The notes beneath the pieces were generated by a model that was not told the DNA's origin, did no database searches, and saw only the letters and a program-made list of their open reading frames with translations. 64,000 bases of DNA from Plasmodiophora brassicae (Eukaryota), in contig CP145420.1 in the NCBI GenBank assembly GCA_036867785.1, positions 124,001 through 188,000 of the forward strand, written 5' to 3'. Made by a program: the position numbers and the translations under genes. Shown here one piece after another: positions 12,277 to 23,815 of the stretch (positions are counted from its first letter, which is position 1; every line of letters starts with the position of its first letter).

Positions 12277-12528
12277 CGCCAACGCGCTCCCTAGCTAAAC
12301 CCTTCCCATGAATCTATCTGTTACCAACCGACACGGCCTGCATGGGTACGTACAGGTAGCCATCCGAGACAAGTGTCCCAGCGTCGAATGCCTCGGCGTG
12401 GGTCTCATACGCGAACGGGCCAGGTGCTCCGAACCACTGGACGCCTCGCCCCGACGCCGATTGCGCGAAGACGACCGAGACAGGCGTAAGTCTATCGGGG
12501 GTCACCCTTTCTATCTGCATGGCGAAGT
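12267..12528 (+). repeat. About 260-bp segment, diverged direct copy at 22562-22850
   Basis: Both copies begin TCGCAGATGACGCCAACGCGCTCCCTAGCTAAA and end TTTCTATCTGCATGGC. Confidence 0.85.
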
Positions 12529-12659
12529 GCGCGCACCTGGAAGTTCCTGTGCCTGGGTGGGCGGACCTTGATGTTCTCGCACCTGAGAGGGAAAGCAGCA
12601 CGCTGACCGTCATTGTCGGCCATTGTCTGACGTTAGCGCCGTCTAAGGTTCCTAGTAGA

Positions 12660-15600
12660 ATGGACGAGGTGCTCATATTTGCCGTTCGCGTCGCGTTAAT
12701 ACTCGTTCCCGGATACGCAACGTATTGCACGCTGCCGAACGGGTGCATTTGTGATTGGTATCCGACCGCATGCCAGTCCAACAGCACATACATGTACGTC
12801 CTGCATCTTAATGTCACACCGACGTACGTCGTCGGCCAATTAGGATTGACGTCAGATCATTAAACGCCCAGTCATCCGTGGGTGGTATGTTGACCAGCGC
12901 TTGGTTTGACATGTCGTCCCGGTCGTCTATCACCTATGTGTAACCGTGTGCCGGCTCCAAGCTATAAGACAAGAATAGCTGTGATCCGGCTAGGCCGCCC
13001 TAAGAATGACGGACATGCACGGAGTGCGCACGGAGTCCGCACGGCGTCCGCGGGAGCTGCAGGTCGGGGACACAGACGATTATACTACACGGCTGATATA
13101 CCATCACCGTTGGGACGTCACAGAGATCTCTTGAACATCCTTTCGGGGAAGGTTTCAAAGAAGGACGCGATGGTGGCCACCGCGCAGGAGATGCTGCTGG
13201 AAGATGACGTCGATGATCGACAACAAGGACAGAGCGTGCAAGGCTCAACGATCGTCCTGCAGATGAACAAGGCGCCGACCTTGAAAAGCATGGACCGCAA
13301 GGCCGTCACGACGTTCATGGCCGAGCTGAAGACGTATCGGAATCACTTCCGGGACGATCCGAACGCCAAGGGCCAGATCCCGCGGTCAGTGAGGAGTATG
13401 ATCGACCCCGGTCTGCTCAGGGCGATCTGCAAGTGGGAACTCGGCAAGGACGCCGAGGGGGTGACGGAGAGCGACCTGATGGACTGGATGAAGAGGCATC
13501 TGGAGCAGGATCGCTCGACGGACGCGAACATCGACCGGGAGATGCGGAAGCTGGCGATGAAGCTGACCATCACCACACCAGCGGCAAGGGTCGTGAACCT
13601 CGTGCAGCAGTACGAGGAATTGGTCGCGCGCAACGGGTGGCAGGACCTCTTCACGTCCCGCGAGGGACGGAAGAACCTGGTCAAGTACCTACTGGGTGCT
13701 GTGCGCCCATCCGGTTTACAAGCGCTCATGCGGACCCTCGTCATGAAGCGCCAGACCGATCTCCAGAAGGACCCTTTGGAATTCTATCGGGTGCTGAAGG
13801 AACGGGCTGCATCGTATGAGGAGACGATGTTGTACATGGAGCCGGGACGTGAGGATGGCAAGGGGAAGGGAAAGGTCAAACCCACCCCGAAGGAGCGAGG
13901 GGCGCAGACGGATGAAGGAGGCGATGGAGGCCGGGACACGAAACGACACCGGAAGGACCTGCGATGTTTCAACTGTGACGAGGTTGGACATCCAGCGTTT
14001 CGTTGCCCGAAGAAGCCTACCAAGAAGCAGGTCGCAGACCTGCTGAAGGATCGCCGCAAGGGGCCAACGGGAAGGGATGGACCCCGTAAGGCCAAATCTG
14101 ATAAAGATGACGACTTGTCAGAGTACCCATGGCTTCCAGTGGTAGGAAGAGTGTCGGAGGGGGCGCAGAGGACAGGGGACCAAGTAGTCGTTCGTGTAAA
14201 CGGACATGAGGAAGACTACGTTGGGGTTCTGGACAGTGGAGCGACATCGGTTGACGTTCTGATGCCATTGACCATAGCGCGCGAGCTAATGGAGCGGGAC
14301 CCATTGTTAACAATGGAGAACCTCCAGAAGCCGGAAACGTTCTGTCTGGTAGACAGAGAAACGAAGCACACAGCCTACCATGTGATGATACTGGATCTGG
14401 GACTGACGACGACGGCAGGCGAACTGATCACTCGCCGGCGCCGATGCCTTGTATGGGACATTCCTGAAAAGGAAATAATCCTAGGGGAGAGGCTGTTGGA
14501 CGACTTGGGTATCCACCCAAAGAAGGCCCTGGACGTACTCATTAAGAGCACGCCGAAGAAGGGGAATGACGTCATGGATGAAGTGCACAATATGGCAAAC
14601 GAGATGCCACCTCTCTGGGAAGGGGAGGAAGAGGAAACAGAGGATGTGAGGATCGGAACCGATTCCACAGACTCCCTGGAAAGGGAGATGGACGGGATGG
14701 CCGAGCGCGCATTGAGGAATGGCCTACCGCAAGCGATGGGGAAATCGCTTCGGAAACTCGTCAGAAGATATAGGGACGTTTGGCGTATGAGCATTGGACC
14801 TGATGGTCCAGCCAGGGTTACACCATTTGTCACGGAGCTGAAACCGGATGCGGAACCTTACAGGTGCCGAGCCAGAAAGTACAGTATGGAGGACAGTGCT
14901 TTCATGGAGGAATTCGTCGCCCAATTGAAGAAGTATGGCCTAGTCGTTGAAAACTACAACGCGAAGTGGGCTTCACCGGTGGTGGTGGTGACGAAGCCAG
15001 GGGGCGGAAAGCGGTTCTGTGTTGATCTCAGAGCTGTTAATGCCAAATGTGTCGCCGTGGCGTGGCCTATGCCACATCAGGAGGCGATACTCAGGAACCT
15101 GGCAGGCTCGAGGTTCTGGTTTAAGCTAGATGCGTTCAAAGGCTTCTGGATGATGCCGCTGGATGAAGCGTGTCAGGAGATCTTCTCCTTCATGACAGAT
15201 AAGGGGGTGTATAAGCCAACGAGGTCGATGCAGGGGGGAATGAACTCCGCCCCTCAGTATCAAGGGAGGATGTTTGAGGTGTTCGGGGAACTTATGTTCC
15301 ACAAACTAATCATATGGATCGATGATCTAATGGGGCATGCCCAAAGGGAGGATGATTGGTTCCGAACGTTGGAACGGACTCTGATGCTAGCCGAACGGCA
15401 CAGCATCAAGTTCAACGTGGAGAAGTGTGAGCTCTTCACAACAGAGGTTCGGTTCTGTGGAAGGATATTCACGCCAGAAGGGGTAAGGCACGATCCTGCT
15501 AGGATTGAGGCTTTAATGGCGATACCACAGCCGAGGACGGCAAGGGACTTGCAACAATTCCTTATGGCAACTCAGTGGATGAGTAGGTCCATCCCTGAGT

Positions 15601-18600
15601 ACAACAGGAAGGTACACCTGTTACAGAGGATATACGAGGATGCAATGAAGGACCAACCTGGCAGGACGAAAGCCATTGCCAGGAGGGTGCGATTGTGCAA
15701 ATATGGATGGTCACCCGAACATGCGCTGGCATTCGAGAAACTGAAGATGGCAGTGGCGGACACGGTCCAACTAGCGTACCCGCGAAAGGACCGGATCCAA
15801 TGCCTATTCTCAGATGCAAATGAGGTTAACAGCGCGGCGGTAGTCACACAGATTCCGCCTGAGGACTTGGGTAAACCAGTGCATGGGCAGCGACATGAAC
15901 CGCTGGGTTTCGTCGGACACAAGTTCGCGGGCCCAGAGCGGAACTGGTCCACGGTGGAGAAGGAAGGGTTCGCGATCAAGGATGGGATTGACAAACTGGA
16001 CTATCTCGTTACAACCAACGAGCAGTTTCGTTTGTTTACCGATCATAGGAATCTCGTGAGGATATTCTCACCAACGGACGTGTCAAAGCCAACGGCGCAG
16101 AAACTGCAACGATGGGCACTGGACATACAGAGGGTCAACTACGTCATTGAACACATTGCGGGGGAGGACAATGTGTGGTCGGATCTTATGACGCGGTGGG
16201 GTGCACCGGACGGTGGGCCTGATGACCAGCACCTAGAGGTACGCACGATCAGGAGGATAACGCTTCAAATTGAGGACGGATATCGGGTACGGCCGTTACA
16301 AAGGAAGGAATTCCAATGGCCGACCGTGGACGAAATCCGTAAGGCTCAGAGGAAATGGCTCAGAGGAACGAAACGACCGAAGAATGGTGATGATCTCTTC
16401 GTCACAGGGAAGGGACAGGTGATCATACCAGACGAATGCAACGAGCTGAAGCTGCAGCTATGCGCTATTGCTCATGCGGGCGGAAACAGTGGGCATCTAG
16501 GACTGAAGGCCTCGTTGAGGAAGTTGGGGGAGTTCTGCCATTGGGCACACTGCGATGAGGACATGAGGACGTTCTGCAACGCGTGTTTGAACTGTCTACC
16601 GACAAGGGGCGGGGTTAGGATTCCCAGGCCATTGGGAACAGCTGTTCATGGTGTTAGGCCGAATCAGGTGATTCACTTGGATTGGCTATACATGATGGCG
16701 GCTCAGAAGGGCGGAAGACATGATCTGCAATGGAACCTGATAATCAGGGATGATCTGTCTGGCATGGTCAAGATTACTCCTGACCATACACCCATGCGGA
16801 AACCACTGTAGAGGCACTGCTCGAATGGAGGGCTATCTTCGGAACGTTTGAGTTGATGGTGTCAGACATGGCGTCTTGCTTTCTGGCAAACGTTGTGAAG
16901 GAACTGGCGCGTCGATGTGGATTTGCTCATCACCCGACTGTTGCCTATGGGCATTACAGTAATGGATCAATTGAGGTGATCAACAGGAACTACTTGCAAC
17001 TAGTCAGAGCACTTCTGTCTGAATTGCAGTGGGACAAATACGATTGGCCATGGTTGAACCACAACATTGAACACACGATCAATCACAGGTCGCAGGCGCG
17101 TACCAACGGGAATGCGCCAGTGACAGTGATGATGGGACGTCAACCAGACAACCCGCTGAAGCAAGTGTTCAAGAGGCCAGGGGATGAGAAGTATGGGGAA
17201 GCTACACTCTCAAAGGAGCATATTCAGGAGCTAGTCATGCAATTGCAGACGTCGCTGAATGAAATGCACAAGGGAGCAGTGCAGCAATCGAAGAAAATCC
17301 GAGCCGTACACAGGAAGAGGAGCGACGCGTACCGACGAGCAACTGCACCGAACTTTCAGATCGGTGACTATGTACTCATCGGATTGCCTGAACCGGGTAA
17401 GGTTCCGGGCAAGAAGCTCTTTATGAAGTGGCGGGGCCTATATCAAATAACTGATAGCCACGAGAACTACACCTACGAGGTGAGGAATATGTTCAATGAG
17501 ACGGACACTCGAACCGTTCACGGGGACCGCGTTCGCCTCTATGAACATGGCAAAGTGAATGCCACTGAGGAACTGAAGCGACAGATGGATTATGACAATG
17601 AGCGTTTCGCCATTGAAGTCTTCAAGGACTGCAGGCACAGTCCGGAGACAGGGGAATTGGAATTGTTGATCGGATGGAAGGGTTTCTCTGAAGCGGAGGA
17701 TTCATGGGAGCCAATCTGCAGGTTGGCGATGGATGTACCGAAGCTGGTGAAGGCACATGCCGCCAGGATGAGGAAGGAGAAACATCACCTTGCTGATGAG
17801 GTTAAGGAGTTACTTAAGGCGGAAGGAGTCCAGTAGGCTAGTCATGCTTTTTTCCCGGATGCGCGCTGGGTTATTTTAATGCCGACGGCCATGTGACGAC
17901 AGAAGCCAAAACTGTGTTCTACGAAGATTGAGACTTAATTATGTTAATTAGACTATATTAAGGAGAAGACATGATTAGGATACACCACCACTGAAGACAC
18001 CTGCAAGGAGGAGCATTTCGTTGAAGGAGGGGAATGTGCCGGCTCCAAGCTATAAGACAAGAATAGCTGTGATCCGGCTAGGCCGCCCTAAGAATGACGG
18101 ACATGCACGGAGTGCGCACGGAGTCCGCACGGCGTCCGCGGGAGCTGCAGGTCGGGGACACAGACGATTATACTACACGGCTGATATACCATCACCGTTG
18201 GGACGTCACAACCGCCAGCCTGCGTCTCGTGTTGCTGGGATAGTGATCCCTGATGTCGTCAGGTCAATCACGTACTGTAAATTAACTGGCATCGATAACG
18301 GCACGTTTGCGGGCATGTCGGCGCTAACCACTCTGTACCAAACCTGTCCAGTGCCATGTGCCCCATGCCGACCTCATGATGGGTACAGGTTGCTGAATGG
18401 TAACTGGATCACGTCGCTGCCAAGCTCACCAGTGGCGTTCGCGAGCCTGACCAATCTGCACGTGTTGGACCTGGAAACGAACTCGCTCACCTTCCTGCCC
18501 GAACGTCTGTTTGCCCCGTGTACATCGCTGACATATTTGTAAGTCTTCGCAGTCAGTGACGGTCATGCTTATTCGTGATCATCGCAGTAACTTCGGCGTT

Positions 18601-20206
18601 AATTATCTGACGTCGATACCCACGAACGCCTTGTCAACCCTGAGCCAGCTCACTTTTTTGTCCGTTGGGCATCTGTTCTCGCCAGCTTCCTGATGCGAAA
18701 TTCTGGTCGCAGGAATTTCGGAACGAACTCGATCCAAGCCATCGAACCAGGCACGCTCCAGGCCCAGTCTCTCCTGCAGACGCTGTACTTGGACAGAAAC
18801 CCGCCGCTTGCATCCCTCCCTGATGGACTCTTCGACCATTGTACATCGCTCGGACGCCTGTTCGTCTTCGGTCCCGTTACTTCTCTCTCAGGTCGACGTG
18901 TTGCTAATTGTATGCACACAGGGCGATTCACGCCTGCCCCTTGTTGATGCGCCTGCCCTTCAACATTTTCCGCAACGCGGTTATGCTGACCGATGTCACG
19001 TATGGCCACTGTGCCTGCCGGTCTGCCTACCACTGACGCTTGTGTACCTGCAGGACATATAGGGCACCAGAGCAGATTGTGTGCTGGCCGAAACCACCTC
19101 CTTCAGCGATCACCGGATACAGTACGAACTTGTGTGCCCCTGGCAAGTTTCGCTCCGTACCTCAAAGCGATGTATCTGAACGACGGGTTGCATGGGCAGA
19201 TGACTCCAGTGCAATGTTCGGAACCGCTGTGCAAGACGAGTACTTATCGCTATTCTGTAAAGCGCCCGCCGTCATATCGAGCGTCGTCTTCGCGTCGTTC
19301 GGCACCCCGTCGGGGCAATCAGGCGTCTACACTCTCGGATCGTGCAACTCCATCAAAAGCGTGCCTGTTGTCAGACAGACCTGCGTGAACAAGACGTTGT
19401 GCATCATAACGGCGTCCACTTCGACATTCGGGTCGGATCCCTGTCCGGGTACCACCAAACAGCTTTCAGTTGCCGTCAACTGCACCGCTCTTCCCAAATT
19501 GCCCTCGACAAAGACCCGTCGCATGTCAACATCGACCAGGAAGGCGTCGACGACGAGGCGACTCGGCTCCAAGAAGACGTCGTCACTGAGGACACGCAGT
19601 TCCCGGAAGTCGAGAACGGTGAGAGCATCCAGTTTGCGGCCTGTCGGCATGACGTTGTGGTCCAAAGAACCGGCGCCGCCGTCCACATCTGATCGTGTGT
19701 CGACAGCCGGGCACAGTCATAGGGCGTCTCTGTCCAGGTCAACGTCAGAAGCACGTACGACGACCACCCGTCGCCACCTGCCTTCAGCAGACCGTCCGTC
19801 TCCGTCACAGCAGGATCTCAGCCACTGGGTTACCGATCGCGCGACGCTCGTGGTGTTCATATTAGCCGCCGTTGGCGTCGGCATCCTATGCATTGCCGTC
19901 GTCGTTTCCATTTGTGCCTGGAGGCGCCCAGCTCCGATGCCAGGTTCCCCGTTGGCAACACCCGTTGCCCCATTTACTGCTTTAGCACCACACCCAATTT
20001 CGAATCAGCATGCACTGGCGCCTCCGGTCATGCACCAGCCTTTTCAGTACCCCCCTCCGACATTGTCAAGCACGGCCGGCATGGCACCGCGGACGGGCGC
20101 CAGCCAACGCTTGCGCCCACGTCGGGTGGAGGCTCGTGACAAGTTCAACCAGGGTGCCATGACGACGATGTCAACGACGTCGGAGAGTGAACCGGAAGCC
20201 TTGTAG
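12660..20206 (+). CDS. Type-I membrane protein: signal peptide, LRRs, SUEL/rhamnose-binding lectin domain, Ser/Thr stalk, TM helix, Pro-rich tail; intron 2 carries a Gypsy insertion
   Basis: MDEVLIFAVRVALILVPGYA plus Cys cap (exons 12660-12793, 12844-12939). LRR exons resume at 18263. Lectin motif LSLFC..PAVISSVVFASFGTPSG...C...TC.NKTLC.I.AS..TFGSDPCPGTTKQLSVAVNC. TM segment LVVFILAAVGVGILCIAVVVSICAW. Confidence 0.8.
12947..18210 (+). mobile_element. Ty3/Gypsy chromovirus-type LTR retrotransposon, full length
   Basis: Identical 176-bp TG...CA LTRs (12947-13122, 18035-18210); 4-bp TSD ACCG; PPT GAAGGAGGGGAA before the 3' LTR; domain order gag-PR-RT-RH-IN-chromo. Confidence 0.97.
13170..17836 (+). 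pseudogene. Gag-Pol polyprotein with a 1-bp frameshift in integrase
   Basis: CCHC knuckle CFNCDEVGHPAFRC; protease LDSGA; RT LDAFKGFW...WIDD; RNase H SDAN...EKE...TDHRNL; integrase HHCC and DDE core; chromodomain LLIGWKGFSEAEDSWEP. The frame breaks at about 16793-16811. Confidence 0.9.
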
Positions 20207-20321
20207 TTGCCGCTGCACGTCCACGACGCGTCATTAAAGATGTTGCTGGGCGACGATCTGCAATCTATATGTCGTGCCTGGACGTCAGATTCGCCGGCCC
20301 AGGTGGGGCGGTTCACATATA

Positions 20322-22561
20322 TACATAATTCCTCCTATTAAGATTCCTTCTAATAAGCCCTGGATGCTAAATCAACCCCCTTAAGACCCAAAAGGCTGGA
20401 TTTTTCATGCTCCAGGGTCTATTAGAAAGACTTAACGCATGTCAGGGTCTTATTAGAAAGACTGGTTGCATTTCAACTGAACACGGTGACTGGACAGTGT
20501 TTTTGCCGGACGGTACGTTACCAGAATGTCCAGGGACGAGGCCGTGCTCGACTTGCAACGTGAGCTACCTTTAAAGTACACAGCGTGCCGTTGGTTGGGA
20601 CGATGTCGGCCGAGTGTATTGCGCGTATTCGAGAGCTGTCAGCACTCCTTAGCGAAGGTGTCCTTACCGATGACGAGTTTCGCTCGATGAAACAAGCGAT
20701 CATCGGTGAACTCAGGCGAGGCGATCAGCCCACCGCCTCGTGGTTGTGTCCTGACAAAGGTGCAATGCATCAGTATCTCTCAAAAACCATACTCACATGT
20801 CGATAGACAATGCACTGCAGCTTGCGTCGCCAGACCCAGCTTCGAAGGCTGAAGCCAAAGCAGAGCCGCAACGAGCATCTCCCAGTACGTGTATGCCTGA
20901 TAGCGTCATTGTTTTGTTATATTCATGGCATGGTCGAGTGATAGGCATATAATCAAGTGGGGCATCGAACTCAAGCGCTACCAGAATATCGCAGTCGTCT
21001 CTGCACAAGTTCTTCGGCGCGGGGCTTCTGCAGTCAAAGACTTCAGGAAACATCTTCGTGTCACCCCGGTGTCCAGACTTCGTGGATGATGTGCTGACGT
21101 GCACGACATGCAAGAAGCGATGCAAAACAAGACAAGCTTACATTCAGCATGTTAGGTTGAACCGACCCAAGAAGGACAAAGGTACACTTCATCCTGTCAG
21201 CTGTAGGCGCATCGTAAGTATTTCGTGCACAGATGCCGAAATGGACGACAACGGGCAAAAACCGCCCCGTCGTGGTAGTGACAAACGACGGCGGTTCGAT
21301 TTCGCGTTCAAAGCAAGTATTCTGGACGAGCTCGCTGAGGTGGAGCAGCAGACCAAACGATCCGGGAAGAAGTTCCGCGTATCTGTGGCGGTTGACGATA
21401 TCGCGACTTCCTCTGGTCTTTCTGCAAGTACTGTGATGCGCTGGGTCAAATCAGAAAAGCATATCCGGTCCAAGGCTGCCGACACTGAAGGCGCGACAAG
21501 AAAGACTACATTCACTCGGTTCTGGCTGCCTTCTCTTCGGCAACTTGAGGAGCGAGTTGCTCGGGAGGTTCGTCAACGTCGACGAAAAGGTTGCAGTGCG
21601 CTTCCAACTATGTAGGAAGTTTGCGAACCTGGTGCTTATCTCTGTCCATAGGGTATAAAGTCAACAAGTGCTGGGTGATTCGCCAAGCCAGGATGATCCG
21701 CAACATGCCTGGTGTCGTTGACCCCTCGCATGCCTCCAGCATCAACCTTTCGAAATCCTGGTACTATTCAGGGTTTATCGAGCGGCATGGGTTCTCGATC
21801 AAGCGGTCGAACAACCGGAAGAAATGTGATGCGAGCGCGCACAAGCCGGTGATATTTCAGTTCCACCAACAACTGTGGGAACAGCACGAAACCAAACCAA
21901 TCCCACCCTCATCGCTATTCAATTTTGACCAGGTATGTATCGAAGAGGATTCCTATGGTGTAATAGTTTGCTAACATCGTCTCACATTAAGGTCCCTCTC
22001 CCGTTTGTATGCGAAAGAGATAAACGGACGCTTGACGATAAGGGTTCAGAAAGGGTCTGGGTTCGACAACCGGGTCCTGGTTTGGAGAAGCGACAGGCCA
22101 CCCTCCACCTAACAATGTGCGCTGATTCTAATGCGATGCAACCCAAGCCTGTTGTCATATTCCGAGGGCTGGGCAACAGGATTATGAATTTCTGATGAAG
22201 TCAGTCGATGGGTACGTGCGTATTTGAGTTTCTCCGAGCAATGAATAGCTAATGAACGTTGTGTACACATAGGATCCTCGCGTGACGGTCTTGTTCCAGA
22301 AGCACGCTTGGGTAGATGCAGATACCGCCATCAAGATAGTTCGTGGCTATGGGGAAGATCCAGCATTTGCTGCCGAGGATTCGGACCGAACGTTTCTGTG
22401 CGACAATTTGGACGCGCACAAGGATCCTCGGTTCCAGTCGGCGATTTCGCCACTGGGGAGGTTGATGTATTTTCCACCGAACGTTACAGACCTCTTGCAA
22501 CCAGGTATATCGCACTGTCGTTGTTTCTCTGCCTATAGGTACTGACACCTGTATCAGTTGA
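20322..22561 (+). mobile_element. Truncated pogo-like (Tc1/mariner superfamily) transposon with intron-containing, frameshifted transposase
   Basis: AT-rich left end with inverted motifs (TTCTAATAAGCCCTGGA / TCCAGGGTCTATTAGAA). CENP-B-type HTH (LRQLEERVAREV...SKSWYYSGFIERHGFS) and DDE motifs (FNFDQ|VPLPF, EKRQAT, KPVVIFRG, CDNLDAH, PPNVTDLLQP|VD). One extra T near 22190. Sequence stops before the third catalytic residue and no right end was found. Confidence 0.85.
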
Positions 22562-22850
22562 TCGCAGATGACGCCAACGCGCTCCCTAGCTAAATCCTTC
22601 CCATGAATCTATATTTTACCAACCGACACGGCCTGTATAGGTGCCTACAGGTAGCCATCCGAGGCCAGTGTCCCCCACGCTCGTCGAAAGACGTGCCGAG
22701 GCGTCGAATGCCTCGGGGCGTGGGTCTCATACGCGAACGGGCCAGGTGCTCCGAACACGCACCGGCTCGCCCCGACGCCGATTGGGCGAACACGACCAAG
22801 ACAGGCGTAAGTCTATCGGCGGCCACGCTTTCTATCTGCATGGCTTAAGT
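22562..22850 (+). repeat. Second copy of the 12267-12528 segment, abutting the pogo truncation point
   Basis: Aligns by eye with 12267-12528, with about 25 extra bp near 22675-22700. Confidence 0.85.
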
Positions 22851-22987
22851 CGTCGAGTACAGCTGTAAGGAGCTGATCCTCCACTGAGGCAGAATGATGA
22901 GAAACAGGCAGAAACGCCGAACGGACTCGCAAGATGGCCGACGAACTCAACCTGCCAGCCTCAGGTCCCATCATCATATTCGACTTC

Positions 22988-23130
22988 ACGGTGCTCGGTA
23001 CGTCAATGCGTCAACCATGAAGCATATCGACGTCAAAGTCGACCATTTCCTGCGCGAAGAAATCGCAAAGGGCTCAGTCAACCCACAACGCGTATTCGCC
23101 TAGGATAATGCCGCTGGTACCCAAGCCGAA
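22988..23130 (+). pseudogene. Ty1/Copia RNase H C-terminal relic
   Basis: Translates as TMKHIDVKVDHFLREEIAKGSVNPQRVFA*DNAA, resembling the Copia consensus TKHIDxRYHFxRExVxxGxxxxxYVxTxxNxAD. Confidence 0.6.
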
Positions 23131-23815
23131 CATGCAAATGGTCAGAACACGGCTTAACGTCAAGCCAGTTTCGTTCCCAACCAAATAAGTCTCTGAATTG
23201 GTGTTCCGGTAGAACACGCCGGTCACACGAAAGTTGACAGGTTTGGTACCAGTGTACGTATACCTTCCTGGGTACATCGCGGCGCTGCACCTGTTAGTCA
23301 TGTCATGCCGTCGGCATTCTGCTGCCACGTGGCGCTCTCTGCATTCTTCGCAACAGCACGCGCACCCTGTAACCTGCCTTCTGGCGCACGTACTGACCTG
23401 CATGGGTCCGGCTCCGAAAGATCGTTTTATTCGGGGACGTCCGGAACCTGGGCTCGTGCTATCCGCGGGCGGTCGTAGGGCTCGCTTGCGTTGACTTTGA
23501 TAAAGGTAAACCTCCTGGCTATGCGACACGAGTGCAGATGGCGCCTGGTACGGGATACCTCGTCAAGGCCCGGCCTGAAACCCAGCCACGTCAGCAGTCC
23601 AGAAATAGGGCACTCACCTGGATGGCCTGAATCCTGATCCGGACTGGCTTGCCCCGGTTTTCGGCGTGGTCCGTGCCCTAGCCGTCGTCAGCGGGCCATT
23701 GCGATTCTCGAAGGAAAGCGTTCGTACCCGCGACCGATATCGACAGCCGTCATGTCTGCTGCTGCTGCTGCTGTTCTCTGCAAGGCTCTTGCTGCATGCC
23801 GAATGTCGATCGTTC

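Noticed and set aside
12270-12300. Helitron 3' end (CTAG) in the duplicated segment
   Set aside because: No clear hairpin, no T after CTAG, and no 5' TC end or RepHel sequence.
12906-13169. ORF extension of gag through the LTR, also ORF 18021-18542
   Set aside because: The LTR simply lacks stops in that frame; the likely gag start is ATG 13170.
16790-16811. Programmed ribosomal frameshift
   Set aside because: It lies inside the integrase core rather than at a gag/pol junction, and no slippery motif is evident.
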